From positions 6,798,784-6,862,783 of the forward strand of contig CM121341.1 in assembly GCA_051530055.1 (NCBI GenBank): a stretch of 64,000 nt of DNA, in the 5' to 3' direction. The position numbers and the translations under genes were made by a program. Origin of the DNA: Neoechinorhynchus agilis. Taxonomy: Eukaryota; Animalia; Acanthocephala. The notes beneath the pieces were generated by a model that was given only the letters and a program-made list of their open reading frames with translations, was not told the origin of the DNA and did no database searches. Positions 52,201 through 62,956 of the stretch are shown here, piece by piece; positions within the stretch are counted from its first letter, which is position 1, and each line of letters opens with the position of its first letter.

Positions 52201-53231
52201 GTTTGTCGAATGTGACGAATTTTCTAACAATTTCATCGGGTTCATCGTTGAATATCACATCGTATCTGAGGAACTGTTTAACAAAAAAAACTCTATTTGT
52301 TCTGATAAACATACCCGTCAGTGTAGAGAACGAGAGTCTCATTCACGGATTTAATCTCATTTAAATGCCGTTTGAGAATGTTTATTTTCTGACCACCTCC
52401 AACGCTCGTTTTGACATCACCTCCTTTCCATTTTTCATTCAAACCAAAAACCTATTTTAGACAACAAAAAATTTAAAGTCTCTCACAATACTTTATATTT
52501 TTTTGGCGGAAAAAAATGAACTAAATCCGATTGTTTTCGGAGACACAATATTGTGTCAAAATGTCGATATTTGAGGAAAAAGTTATTGTTTAGTTAAGTC
52601 TTCATCAAGCGGTAAATAATTTTTTGCACTAAAGACGTTCTGTGAAACTTTACGAACTTGTTTTTCGAGCATTTCAATTGATTGAAAACCGCTTTTATTA
52701 CCGTCTAAAGCTTGTTTTCAAAAAAATCAAAAAGGAACCATTCAATCGGCGTAAACTCGGAAATAAATATTAATTTTTAATATTTAAAAGCATACAAGAA
52801 AACTGGTGATGAATAGGACACAAGGTTCGCAGAACGTCTTTAGTGCAAAAAAGTATTTACCTAGTGATGAAGACTTCCCTAAACAATAATAAGATTGTAA
52901 ATTAGAATCAAGTCGATTGGGATACGCCTTGCCGAAAACAATAGGATTTAATGAAAATTCCTTCAATTTTTCCGCCATATAAAAAAATGAACAATGTTCA
53001 AAAACCCAATACCTTATAGTCGTAATCATAGAAGTCAAGACTCTCTCTAAGCAATTCGAACCCGTCCGTTTCATCTGTCGCAACAGTGAAAACAAGAAGG
53101 TCTTTGCCGTCTGAACATGTTCAATTAATATTTTCTTAGTACAAAATAACTTAGCACTTACTTAAAATCCCGTTTACGAGCGAACAACAGGCGAACAGTA
53201 GCACAACAACAACATTGGTTGTCAAGTTCAT
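49253..53231 (-). CDS. PLOD paralog B: canonical multifunctional lysyl hydroxylase/glycosyltransferase (LH3-like)
   Basis: LLVFTVATDETDG, WKGGDVKTSVGGGQKINIL, YTDGYDVIF, FSAETFCWPD, RFLNSGLFMG, DADDDQLAY, ILHGNGPSK, RAHHDASTY, PGRLTHIHEG, RYILVSFIDP*. Confidence 0.95.
51028..51372. repeat. Three ~113-bp purine-rich tandem units in a PLOD-B intron
   Basis: aagtttaagatagtttgaaccagagaagtgttgaatgattaataattggaaaggatgaat...gaaaggaggggaaggaggg, three times. Confidence 0.95.
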
Positions 53232-53617
53232 TTAAAAAGAAGACGGCAGTGTACGGTTTCTAAAACGCAAAAATCCGGACGTAAAAGCGATATTCCTTCA
53301 GAACAAGTTTCTGTGTATCTACATCGCAGTATCCTCCCATCTTCCTTCGTTATAGACAAGAGACGCTATATTCCCCCTCCCGTAGACGCCAGAGAATAAG
53401 TCGTAGAATAGAAGAGACATTAAGACCACGGAACACTACTCGATTCAGCATAATTTTTACAATGTATGCGCACTGCTTATGCTGAGAATTTGCTAGCTGG
53501 GCCAACCAAAAGCAAGGCTGTATTGGCGCAAAAAATCAACATAATTTTTTCTTTTGGCTGCCTGGATGCATGTCGAACCTTGGGTTTTGTGAAAATAAAC
53601 ACATTGAAACAAACATA

Positions 53618-54425
53618 GAAATGATTTGTGGACTTTGCTATAAAATACAAGGGGAAAATCTTCTCTCTTTTAACGCGACAAAAAATTGCCAGAGAAATGC
53701 TAAAGTTCCAACTTTCTGCGCGATGATTTTTGGATAAAAAAAACATAACGGCCGACTTTTAATAAAAGGGTTGAAACTCCCTTTTTCAGAAATGATTTGT
53801 GGACTTTTCTATCAAATACAAGGGGAAAATCTTCTATCTTTTAACACGACAAAAAATTGCCAGAGAAATGCTAAAGTTCGAACTTTCTGCGCGATGATTT
53901 TTGGATAAAAAACACAACGGCCGACTTTTAATAAAAGGGTTGAAACTCCCTTTTTCAGAAATGATTTGTGGACTTTGCTATCAAATACAAGGGGAAAATC
54001 TTCTCTCTTTTAACACGATCAAAAAATTGCCAGAGAAATGCTAAAGTTCGAACTTTCTGCGCGATGATTTTTGGATAAAAAACATAACGGCCGACTTTCA
54101 ATTCAAGGGTTGAAACTCCCTTTTCAGAAATGATTTGTGGACTTTTCTATCAAATACAAGGGGAAAATCTTCTCTCTTTTAACGCGACAAAAATTGCCAA
54201 AGAAATGCTTAAGTTCGAACTTTCTGCGCGATGATTTTTGGATAAAAAACACAACGGCCGACTTTTAATAAAAGGGTTGAAACTCCCTTTTTCAAAAATG
54301 ATTTGTGGACTTTTCTATCAAATACAAGGGGAAAATCTTCTCTCTTTTAACACGACAAAAAATTGCCAAAGAAATGCTAAAGTTCGAACTTTCTGCGCGA
54401 TGATTTTTGGATAAAAAAACATAAC
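53618..54425. repeat. Tandem satellite, ~5 units of ~170 bp, upstream of PLOD-B
   Basis: gaaatgatttgtggacttt...atacaaggggaaaatcttc...ttctgcgcgatgatttttggataaaaa...gggttgaaactccctttt repeats. Confidence 0.96.
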
Positions 54426-54699
54426 GGTCGCCTAATTCTACTTTTAATCGAAGGGTGTATTTTTCTCTTAATTCGACCAAATACAAATTCCCTTTGCCCT
54501 TGCTAATAATTGTAATTCTCACGTCCAAATAGAATTTCAGTTTCAATTAGCGATGCTTGATTCAGAAATAGATTTACCTTGAAAATTTTCGGCCTTTTCG
54601 TTGGCCTTCTTTAGTCAATCTATTTCTTAATCAAACATCGCTAATTGAAACTGAAACTATAATGAATAATTTCTTTCCAAATAGAATTAATCGAAGAAA

Positions 54700-55780
54700 G
54701 AAGAAATTCCATTGATTCCGGTGGTTTAGATTGTGAAAGCAGCCATTGTCGACCGCATCTATCAAAGTTTCGATGTCAAACACGTTGAAGCCTTAATTTA
54801 AATCACATTTAAAGATTTTTAACTTCTCACATGGAGAAAACGTAAATGAGGCGAATAACATAGGCTGTCTAAGAATTTCATAGTATTCGTGTTGAATCCT
54901 TATCAAGAAAACAGTCACTATATCAGAGTTTGTCGGAACTGAGGAGATGCGATTGATATCGAGCGTCTCAACCAATTATTAATTTTCTTCTTTTTTAAAT
55001 ATAGAACAAAAGCCAATACGTTAGATAAATTATTTATTATGCACTCTGGGCGTGCACTTTATAAAAGTTCCGAATGGGAGGAACGTCTTTGTTTCTCATT
55101 ATCTCGAAAATTCAGCATTTCCTTTGTGAATCATTGATTCCCGGATACAAAAAATAGATGGATCCACCCTGTGTTTTTGTTGCCGGGCGCCAAAGTCGTC
55201 GGCTCCCGAAAAACTTGAATTTCGACATAGCACAAAAAAATCGTTTTAATGGCTACTCAGAAATCGTCAAGATTGTCAATTGCAGTCAATATTTCATCTA
55301 GAGATAATTTTTGCATAGCTCTATTACCCGATAAGATGACATCATCTGCATCCAGGTCTTCAGACCCAATTATATTCCTTAGAGAATTGACAGTATCTTC
55401 ACATAAAGCAGCCATTGGTATTGTGCAGGTAGTTAGCACTTTTTTACAAAACTCAGTCAAGTCACCATGTTTCGAATCAATCTTTAAATTCACGTCATTC
55501 CTCATGGAATCGAGTGATTTTCGCTTACTGGAAGCTTCATTTCTCTGCAATCGATCTCGACTGTTAGATCTTCTACGTCCAACCTTACGCGTCAATCGAA
55601 TTCAATTCAAAAAGGCAAAAAATCGAACTCGATATGCAAACTTGTGCGACGAGCTCGTCTACGGCTACTGCAATCTGAACGACGGTGCTTTTCCAACGAT
55701 TGCCGATCATTGTGATTCGATAACTTTCTTTTCGTACGTCCTACATGCCCAGTTCCAGTATTTGATTCAGTGGAAGGCAT
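54700..55780 (-). CDS. Unknown multi-exon protein with an Arg/Ser-rich basic N-terminus
   Basis: ATG at 55780, 4 nt after a ctgcag acceptor (MPSTESNTG...RRRARRTS); ORF 55257-55595; possible further exons near 54975-54700. Junction phases not resolved. Confidence 0.45.
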
Positions 55781-55809
55781 CAATCTGCAGACTTTATATT
55801 TTATTAATC

Positions 55810-56680
55810 TTCGAGAGAGAAAATCTTTTGGGATGATAGAGTTTAAGTTGTGGTGCTGGTGGGATGAAAAATATTTCAAAGGATCAAAATACGTTTTATC
55901 CGGGGGGGGGATTACGCAGTCACCACATTTCCAACAAACCATTAATCATCGAGAGAAAAAATATAATTTGGGATCATCGTAAGAGTTGGAAAGGCGGTGG
56001 TCATAATCCTTTGCCGGATGAAAAATATTTTAAAGGGTCAAAATACGTTTTATCCGGATGAGGATTATGATCACCACCTTCAAAACAAAGTATTAATCAT
56101 CGAGAGAGAGAAAATCTTTTTTGGGATGATAGGGTTTAAAATGTGGTTATCATGATCCTATGCCGGATAAAAAATATTTAAAAGGATCAAAATACGTTTT
56201 ATCCTGATGAGGATTACGATCACCACCTCCAAAACAAAGTATTAATCATCGAGAGGGAGAAAATCCTTTTTTTGGGATGATAGAGTTTAAGATGTGGTGC
56301 TGGTGGTCGTAATCATTTGCCGGATAGAATTTTTTATTAAACATCGAGGCAGAGAAAATCTTTTGGGGTGATAGAGTTTAAAATGTGGTGCTGGTGGTCA
56401 TATTCATTTGCCGGATAGAATTTTTTTATTAAACATCGAGGCAGAGAAAATCTCTTGGGATGATAGAGTTTAAGATGTGGTGCTGGTGGTCATAATCATT
56501 TGCCGGATAGAATTTTTTTATTAAACATCGAGGCAGAGAAAATCTTTTGGGGTGATAGAGTTTAAAATGTGGTGCTGGTGGTCATATTCATTTGCCGGAT
56601 AGAATTTTTTTATTAAACATCGAGGCAGAGAAAATCTTTTGGGATGATAGAGTTTAAGATGTTGTGCTGGTGGTCATAAT
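55810..56680. repeat. Third array of the TOM40-intron satellite family, ending in four 92-bp units
   Basis: aaacatcgaggcagagaaaatc starts at 56339, 56431, 56523 and 56615. Confidence 0.93.
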
Positions 56681-57119
56681 TCTTTGCCTTATGGAAAATA
56701 TTTTGTGTTTGTCTATGGCTATGAAAAATTTAGAGGAATTTTGGTTAAATTCGATTGTTTTTGGAGCCCCAATCTTGTACGCCTTTTGATCAAGATTGTT
56801 TCGCAAATTTATAAAGGCAAAGATTGTGCAGAAAACAATCGGATTTAATATAATTCCTTCAATTTTCATAGTCATATTAAACTATGAACAATTCAGTGTT
56901 CAAACAGAAAATATTTTATTAATTATCAAAAGAGAAAAATTAGCTTTGGATCATCGTAGAGCTGGAAAAGTAGTTGTGTGGTGATCATAATCCATTTCCT
57001 TATGGAAAATATTTCATTAATTAGTTCTCTTAGAAATTTAAGATCAAATAATTACAGGCTTTCCTAATCTCCACTAGCAGTTCTTTACATTACATTAGAC
57101 CCATTACATGTCATCCGGA

Positions 57120-57760
57120 CGGTGGCAGCGTTCCCACGCTGGATCGCCAGACTCAAGTTTTGTCGCAAGAAAGTGATTGACTGCGGCTCGCGATACGTCG
57201 CCCAGTTCAATCACGAATTCCGTTGCGGCCTTTCCAAATGCCCCACTAAGTCTCGACTCCGAGGGGCAGGAACAAAAACTGAGAGGCTAATTCATGATAC
57301 TTCACGGTCTTACGTTCCTCCGCTCTCGTTGCCGCGGCTCCTGCGCCTAATTTAGCGGTCGTTATATTGCTGTTTGCCAGCGTATCGACGCATGTTGCGT
57401 CCCATATAAGGCATCCGCCACGTGACCAGGGAAAGACCGTTACCCCGTCAGGACGTTTCCCTTCTGAGCGGCAGAGATTATTTGGCTCCAGGATGCAGGG
57501 CACATGGATCGATCTCAGCGCTCGACTTATGATAGCATTGATTTCAGCATGACGGGGAAAACGTCCTGCGGACCGCTTACATGAGAGACCGTGTTGTCCC
57601 GACACCACATCGACATTTATGAGCGACGCAAATGTCCATTCCGAATCTGAAGGTCTCATCATCCAGTAAAGTGCCCAAATTTGAGGATGGTATAGCATCA
57701 AGCCAGGCTCCAGATTCTTTGGTTGAACAAGCAGCGAGACGAATTCTAGCCATTTGATTC
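57120..57760 (-). mobile_element. Best-preserved 5'-truncated CRE-like RLE retrotransposon
   Basis: HGLSCKRSAGRFPRHAEIN...EPNNLCRSEGKRPDGVTVFPWSRGGCLIWDATCVDTLA...AEERKTVKY...FLPLGVET...RGNAATV. Confidence 0.9.
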
Positions 57761-59244
57761 GTTCTAAGACTTTTCTGACTCTACGCTCCCGAGCTAATTT
57801 TTGTTAAAAACGAGAAGATTCTATTCAATTGTTCCTTCGAATGGATGTGTATTCCCAATGGCGAATTGTAACACACTCGAGTTTTATTATTGAAATCTTC
57901 TTTGCGAATTTTCAAGGCCTCAGCCTCCTTCGCAAGCATTTCTAGTAATTTTTTTCCAATCAAACAATGCTTGAGAAGGAGGCTGAGGCTCTTAAAATTT
58001 GCAATGAAGAGTTCAATAATAAGAGCCGAGTGTGTAACAATTCGCCATTGAGAAACAAGATGTTTGAAGATTGAATTGTTCATATCGGTTGTGTTATGGT
58101 GAAGAAATTGAAATGATTTTATTTTAAATCCGACTGTTTTCGGAGGCACAATTTTATACCCCTTTTTTATCAAGGTTTCTTGTAAGTTTATAAATATTCG
58201 AGTTGAAACCACACGAACTCAATCATTTTAATTTCTACGCCAAAAACAACCTAAACGAGGGTGTGGTGTGCGCGTTCATAATGCGCTTGATATGTCGCTG
58301 GTTCAACACCACCGGTCGCTGGGTTCCACGGGTTTGCGAGGCTGCTGGAAGGGGTGGGGTCAGGTTTTGAAATCACCCATCGGCCCCAAAAGGGGGTTGG
58401 CCCTGTTCCTTCGAGTGCGGCTGAGCGCCTCCGTTGTGTGCAAGTTAGTCGAAAAGGACTCCAAAGGAACATAACCGAAACTCCCAAAGGAAGATGTCAC
58501 AGACCAACAAGTGTATGAAGCCCTTGATAATAAATAAATAATAATAATTCATCTAAAATCGATCTTCTTATATAGCTCCTTCCTTATTTATTGCGGTAAT
58601 TTAAATTCAATGACGTCATCCTATTTTTCGTCGTTGTGTAGTGGCGACAACATTATGTAAGTTTGTTAAATCCATGTTTCGGCTCAATCCGGAGAAAAAC
58701 TTACAAGCAATCTTGATAAAGGCTCTGAATTGAGCCGAAACATCGATTTAATAAATTTACATAATATTGTCGCCACTACACAACAATCATGAGCAGTTTC
58801 ATTTTTCAATAAATCTATTTTTCGTGTTGAGAAGTAGAAATACCGGATTCTTTGTCGTTCGCAGCAATCTCAATTTTATTACTTTTTCGTTGGAAAAAGC
58901 GCATATTTCCTTTAAATTGTCGAATTAAAAAAATTCACTTTATAGTCGTTGTTGTTCTGCTTTAGGTTCCCGTGATTTTGTTTAAGAATACACGAAATTT
59001 TAAATTTATTGTGCATTTGAAAAATAAAGCGGTTTTCCTCTGGAGAAACTATGCAAATTTTTAAAAAAAAATTCTATATTGTTTTAATAACGCAAACGAT
59101 TCAGCAACCTTTTCAATTATCTCATAAGAAACCATTTAATCCGAATCACTGTCGTCAGGAAACAATTCGTCAAATTTGCCAGTGTTGGTCAGACTTTCAA
59201 ATATATTCTTAACCTAAAATGCATTTTAGAATACGATTAAAAAA

Positions 59245-62200
59245 CTAACAAGCAACCTCATCAAGATCAGTATCAGTAAAGAAAAAATCAGCGTTCGCCG
59301 ATAAATTCTTTACTTTTATTAATCGAGATAATTGTAAGTTTGTTTGGTCGTTATCAACAAAACTCGTTTGTTCATAGCTCAAAATAAACAAGGTCTCTGA
59401 TGTTACGAGATGGGTTTTGTGTGTGCATTAGTAGTGAACCTGGTTACAAACCTGATTTTTCGTTGAATTTAGACAATTCATTGTAGACGTTTTGAATGTG
59501 ATTCTGTTGGTTGGGTTCATTGCAAGATCCATAAACGATATCTGTTACATTCACAAATGCTTAAAGTAAACAACAACAATAACGTACGCATCGGACCGCA
59601 ATTCTCGATTTGATGGTCGATAAAATAAATCTCAGGTAGATGATGATCAGAATAGAATAAGACTGATCGCTGCTCAAAATAACGAGTATGGTTATTTAAT
59701 TATGAATCTGTACATTGCGGGCGGGCGGTTGATGGTTGCAATTTTCACTCTTACGAGTTTCCCAAGTCTTCCACTACTAATAAAAATTTTGACTTGAGGT
59801 GATATTTGAAATATTTCGAGCGAAGTAACCTCGACTCCTCACCAAAAGTATAAACTTTGATTAACTCGAAGGATTTTCTGTGTGGAGATGACTAATAGAA
59901 ATCATCGACAATGAAAATCCTTCGGGTTAATCATTGTTTATACTTTTGGTGAAAATAATCCCCATGTCACAACTTATTTAATTTTAATTTATTTGAGATA
60001 TTTCGCGAAGAAACAATTTACAATGACAGATAATGCGAGGTTACTTCGTTCGAAATATCTCAATTTTCGGTTTAATCAATGTATATACTTTTGGTGAACA
60101 TGCATCCAGTCATAACCTATATTTGATTTATTTTCTCTATACGGCCAGTTTTTCCTTCCTCGAGATTTATTTGTAAGCATGCAAATTTTCAGGAAAAAGA
60201 AGACAAGTCGAGCGAGAAAAAAGATTCATCCGAGTTCATTACATTTCCTCAAAAATGATCGAACTCTGTGAATCTCATACCGTACTACTAGGCAGGAGTG
60301 AATTTGAACAGCGTTTTCAAGTCGAAATCGGAGCAACTCAAGGGCAATGATTACGTGGTCAACTCTGGAGCCTGCAAAAACTGTGACAATGTCTTTATAT
60401 TGGACAAACGAAGCAGGGTATTTGGAAAAAAAAGCATGAATACGCACTCAAACGGAGTGATGTGTCATCGGCCATTTTCAACTTCACCATGTAAAACGAT
60501 CACACAACCGACTTCGGAGGAACGAAGGTGAAAATGGTGGAAAACGGGCTCCAAAGAAGGCTCTGATCAAGGAAACTCTTCTCATCAACGCGGAGAGGAC
60601 AATGGAAGGCAACAAGAGCAACTTCGCTCTTGTCCTTCCGACAAATAACCTCCGTGGAGCAGCAGGGTGAAGAGTCACCTCGGAAATTGATGGTCCCGCG
60701 TCCAGGGATCAAATGAACTCAACTTCTGCATGTGATTTTAGATGCTTGATAAGAAGGTTGAGGCCTCGAAAATTTGCATGTAAATCTCGAGGAGGGAAAA
60801 ACTAGCCGTATAGAGAAAATGAACTGAACCAATCGAAGGAAAAACTCGATCTATTTGAGATATTTCGCGAAGAAACAATTTACGATGACAGATAAGGCGA
60901 GGTTACTTCGTTCGAAATATCTCAAATAAATCAAATATAGGTTATGGCATGGGGATTATTTTCACCAAAAGTTTACTAGTAGAAATATTCTAAGATGAAT
61001 AAGTTCTACAATTCGCTTTTGTATGGGCGATGCTACCTAAAGTCATAAGAAAAAACGCTTCACTATCGGCATCATATAAATATCCATAGTTAATAAGATG
61101 GAAAGAAAAAAAACTAACCTTACTTTCGCTTAACAAATATCCCTTTCTCAGAAAAATACACCGCGTTAATACCGGTCGATGAATAGCGTCGATCATTGCC
61201 GAATTGATCAGTACCGACTTGGAATACAGTCTTGAAATCTGGCCATTTTCTCGCTTATATTCGATCGTTAGTCGATCTGCTGAGTCAATTAATTTGATAT
61301 CGTTCATTCCGAGGTAAAAAGTTGCACCACTAACCGCTGAAAACCTAATAAGTGGACACGATTACGCTTTAGTTTAAGTGGAATAATTCCTTAAAATGCA
61401 GCTAATTGTTGCCAATATGGACGCCGGTCGCATTCAAGTATTTCTCGAATTTGCGAAATTAATAACATCAAAAAGGGAGCTCAATGTGATCCAAAGCGGG
61501 CGGTGGTATGAATTATTTCTGCTCCGAGATTAAGTGAACCTTTATAGGTCACGAAATTTATACGGAATTAATAGTTAAATTCAGGAAACTGTCGAACACT
61601 CTCACCTTAACATTTATATAACAGAGTTATTAAAATTTGCGAGAATCAGTTGTTAAATTAATTAAATAAAGATTCCGAAATTACAGTTTTCTTTATTTAC
61701 GATAGCAAAAACGAAATTTCCGAATACTATTTGTTGTGAGGCAAATCAGAATATCAAAAAAAACGCGTTAGGTATTTTTCTAGATTCCCGCTTCGAAAAT
61801 TCGATTTCATTGTGATGCATAGACGAAGCCACCTCGTTCTTTAGATTTGAACATAAAACTATTTTATGAAAAAACCTTTTTTGAACAAACCTGCAGAATC
61901 CTTGGCATATATCAGACTGCCCATAACCACTGACAAGTAAAGGCGACGGGCCAAATCTCCCCGCAGAAACTATCAATCGTTTTGCCCGATCAATTGCAAA
62001 TTCAATATCTGATGACTTTTTTACCATACAAATGGCATTCGAGATCATATTTGAGATGTTTGGTAGTGTAGAATCCAGTATATCCACGAGTGCACGATCT
62101 TTCTTCATTTCATCTATATCAGATATGCACATAGTGCAAAACTTCATGAGATTTCGCTTTTCGCGAAATGTAAGATTTTTACTAGCGAAAACTTCTGATC

Positions 62201-62956
62201 GACTGCATGGGACCTATTTTTGTTTTTAATTGGACATTAAGAACAAATTTTAAAACACTGACTTTCTGTAATCCACTCTCTGTTAAGGTCATAATATCGT
62301 CCACCTGATGAAAGCAGCAATATCGATGAACCCCAGTCTTCGCTAAGATATTGATTATTGGATCTGAAGCTCTTATAAGCTTAGGACTTATGTCAACTGA
62401 AAGTGTTCTGTTGAACTTTCGCACTTCTTGATCCGTCCATGCGTTAAATTTCGATTTCACAGTGCATTAAAAGACTTCGAACTGAGAACTCGCAATTTTC
62501 CCTCTTTCAGTAAACTAAGCAACTCGTCCAAGGTGTCGCCTTTTACCTAGTGATTTGTTCTTTTTATCGAAAACTTGTATCATTACTTACAAATTTCAAA
62601 GATCGATTGACAAATTGACATTGTGAAGATATTATATGTGAAACTTTATTTGTTGGACTAATCGATTTTGCCCATTGAACAAGTTCGTCCAAGCAAAATG
62701 TCGATGATTCACTTCCGTATGTTTTGTCACTTCCGAAATGTCTTTTGTCCAAATAAATGCTTTAAGCACGAACTTACCAATCCACATGGAGAATCCTTTT
62801 GCCTGACTTAGACAAATAAGCAGAAATTATACTTTCAGGAAGTCCTAAAGATTATTGCGTAGAGCGGTCCATGGAGGAAACTTTAAAATTCTACATGCCT
62901 GTACCAATGACAACGCAATCAAATTCCTGTTGAATCAGATCTGAACTCTCGGTCAT
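59245..62956 (-). CDS. CHM: Rab escort protein (Rab GGTase component A, CHM/REP)
   Basis: [104 protein letters not shown]. C-terminal exons (~59770-59245) are tentative. Confidence 0.88.
59939..60973. mobile_element. ~1-kb foldback element with composite ~220-250-bp inverted arms, in a probable CHM intron
   Basis: Both arms begin acttttggtgaaaataatccccatg and end ttttctctatacggc.ag...cctcgagattt...catgcaaattttc (right arm reverse-complemented). Confidence 0.75.
62845..62898 (-). other. GC-AG intron (54 nt) in CHM/REP
   Basis: ggtacag|gcatgt...ctttag|gacttcct restores the conserved GTGLPES; the nearby GT gives a frameshift. Confidence 0.85.

Noticed and set aside
55249-55836. 195-aa plus-strand ORF, and similar antisense ORFs over PLOD, ADCK1, METTL14, Tweety and the large exon
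   Set aside because: They are shadows of coding sequence on the opposite strand, with no recognisable motifs.
60226-60712. Short ORFs as CHM exons
   Set aside because: They lie inside the foldback element, and better-matching C-terminal pieces occur at ~59640-59245.
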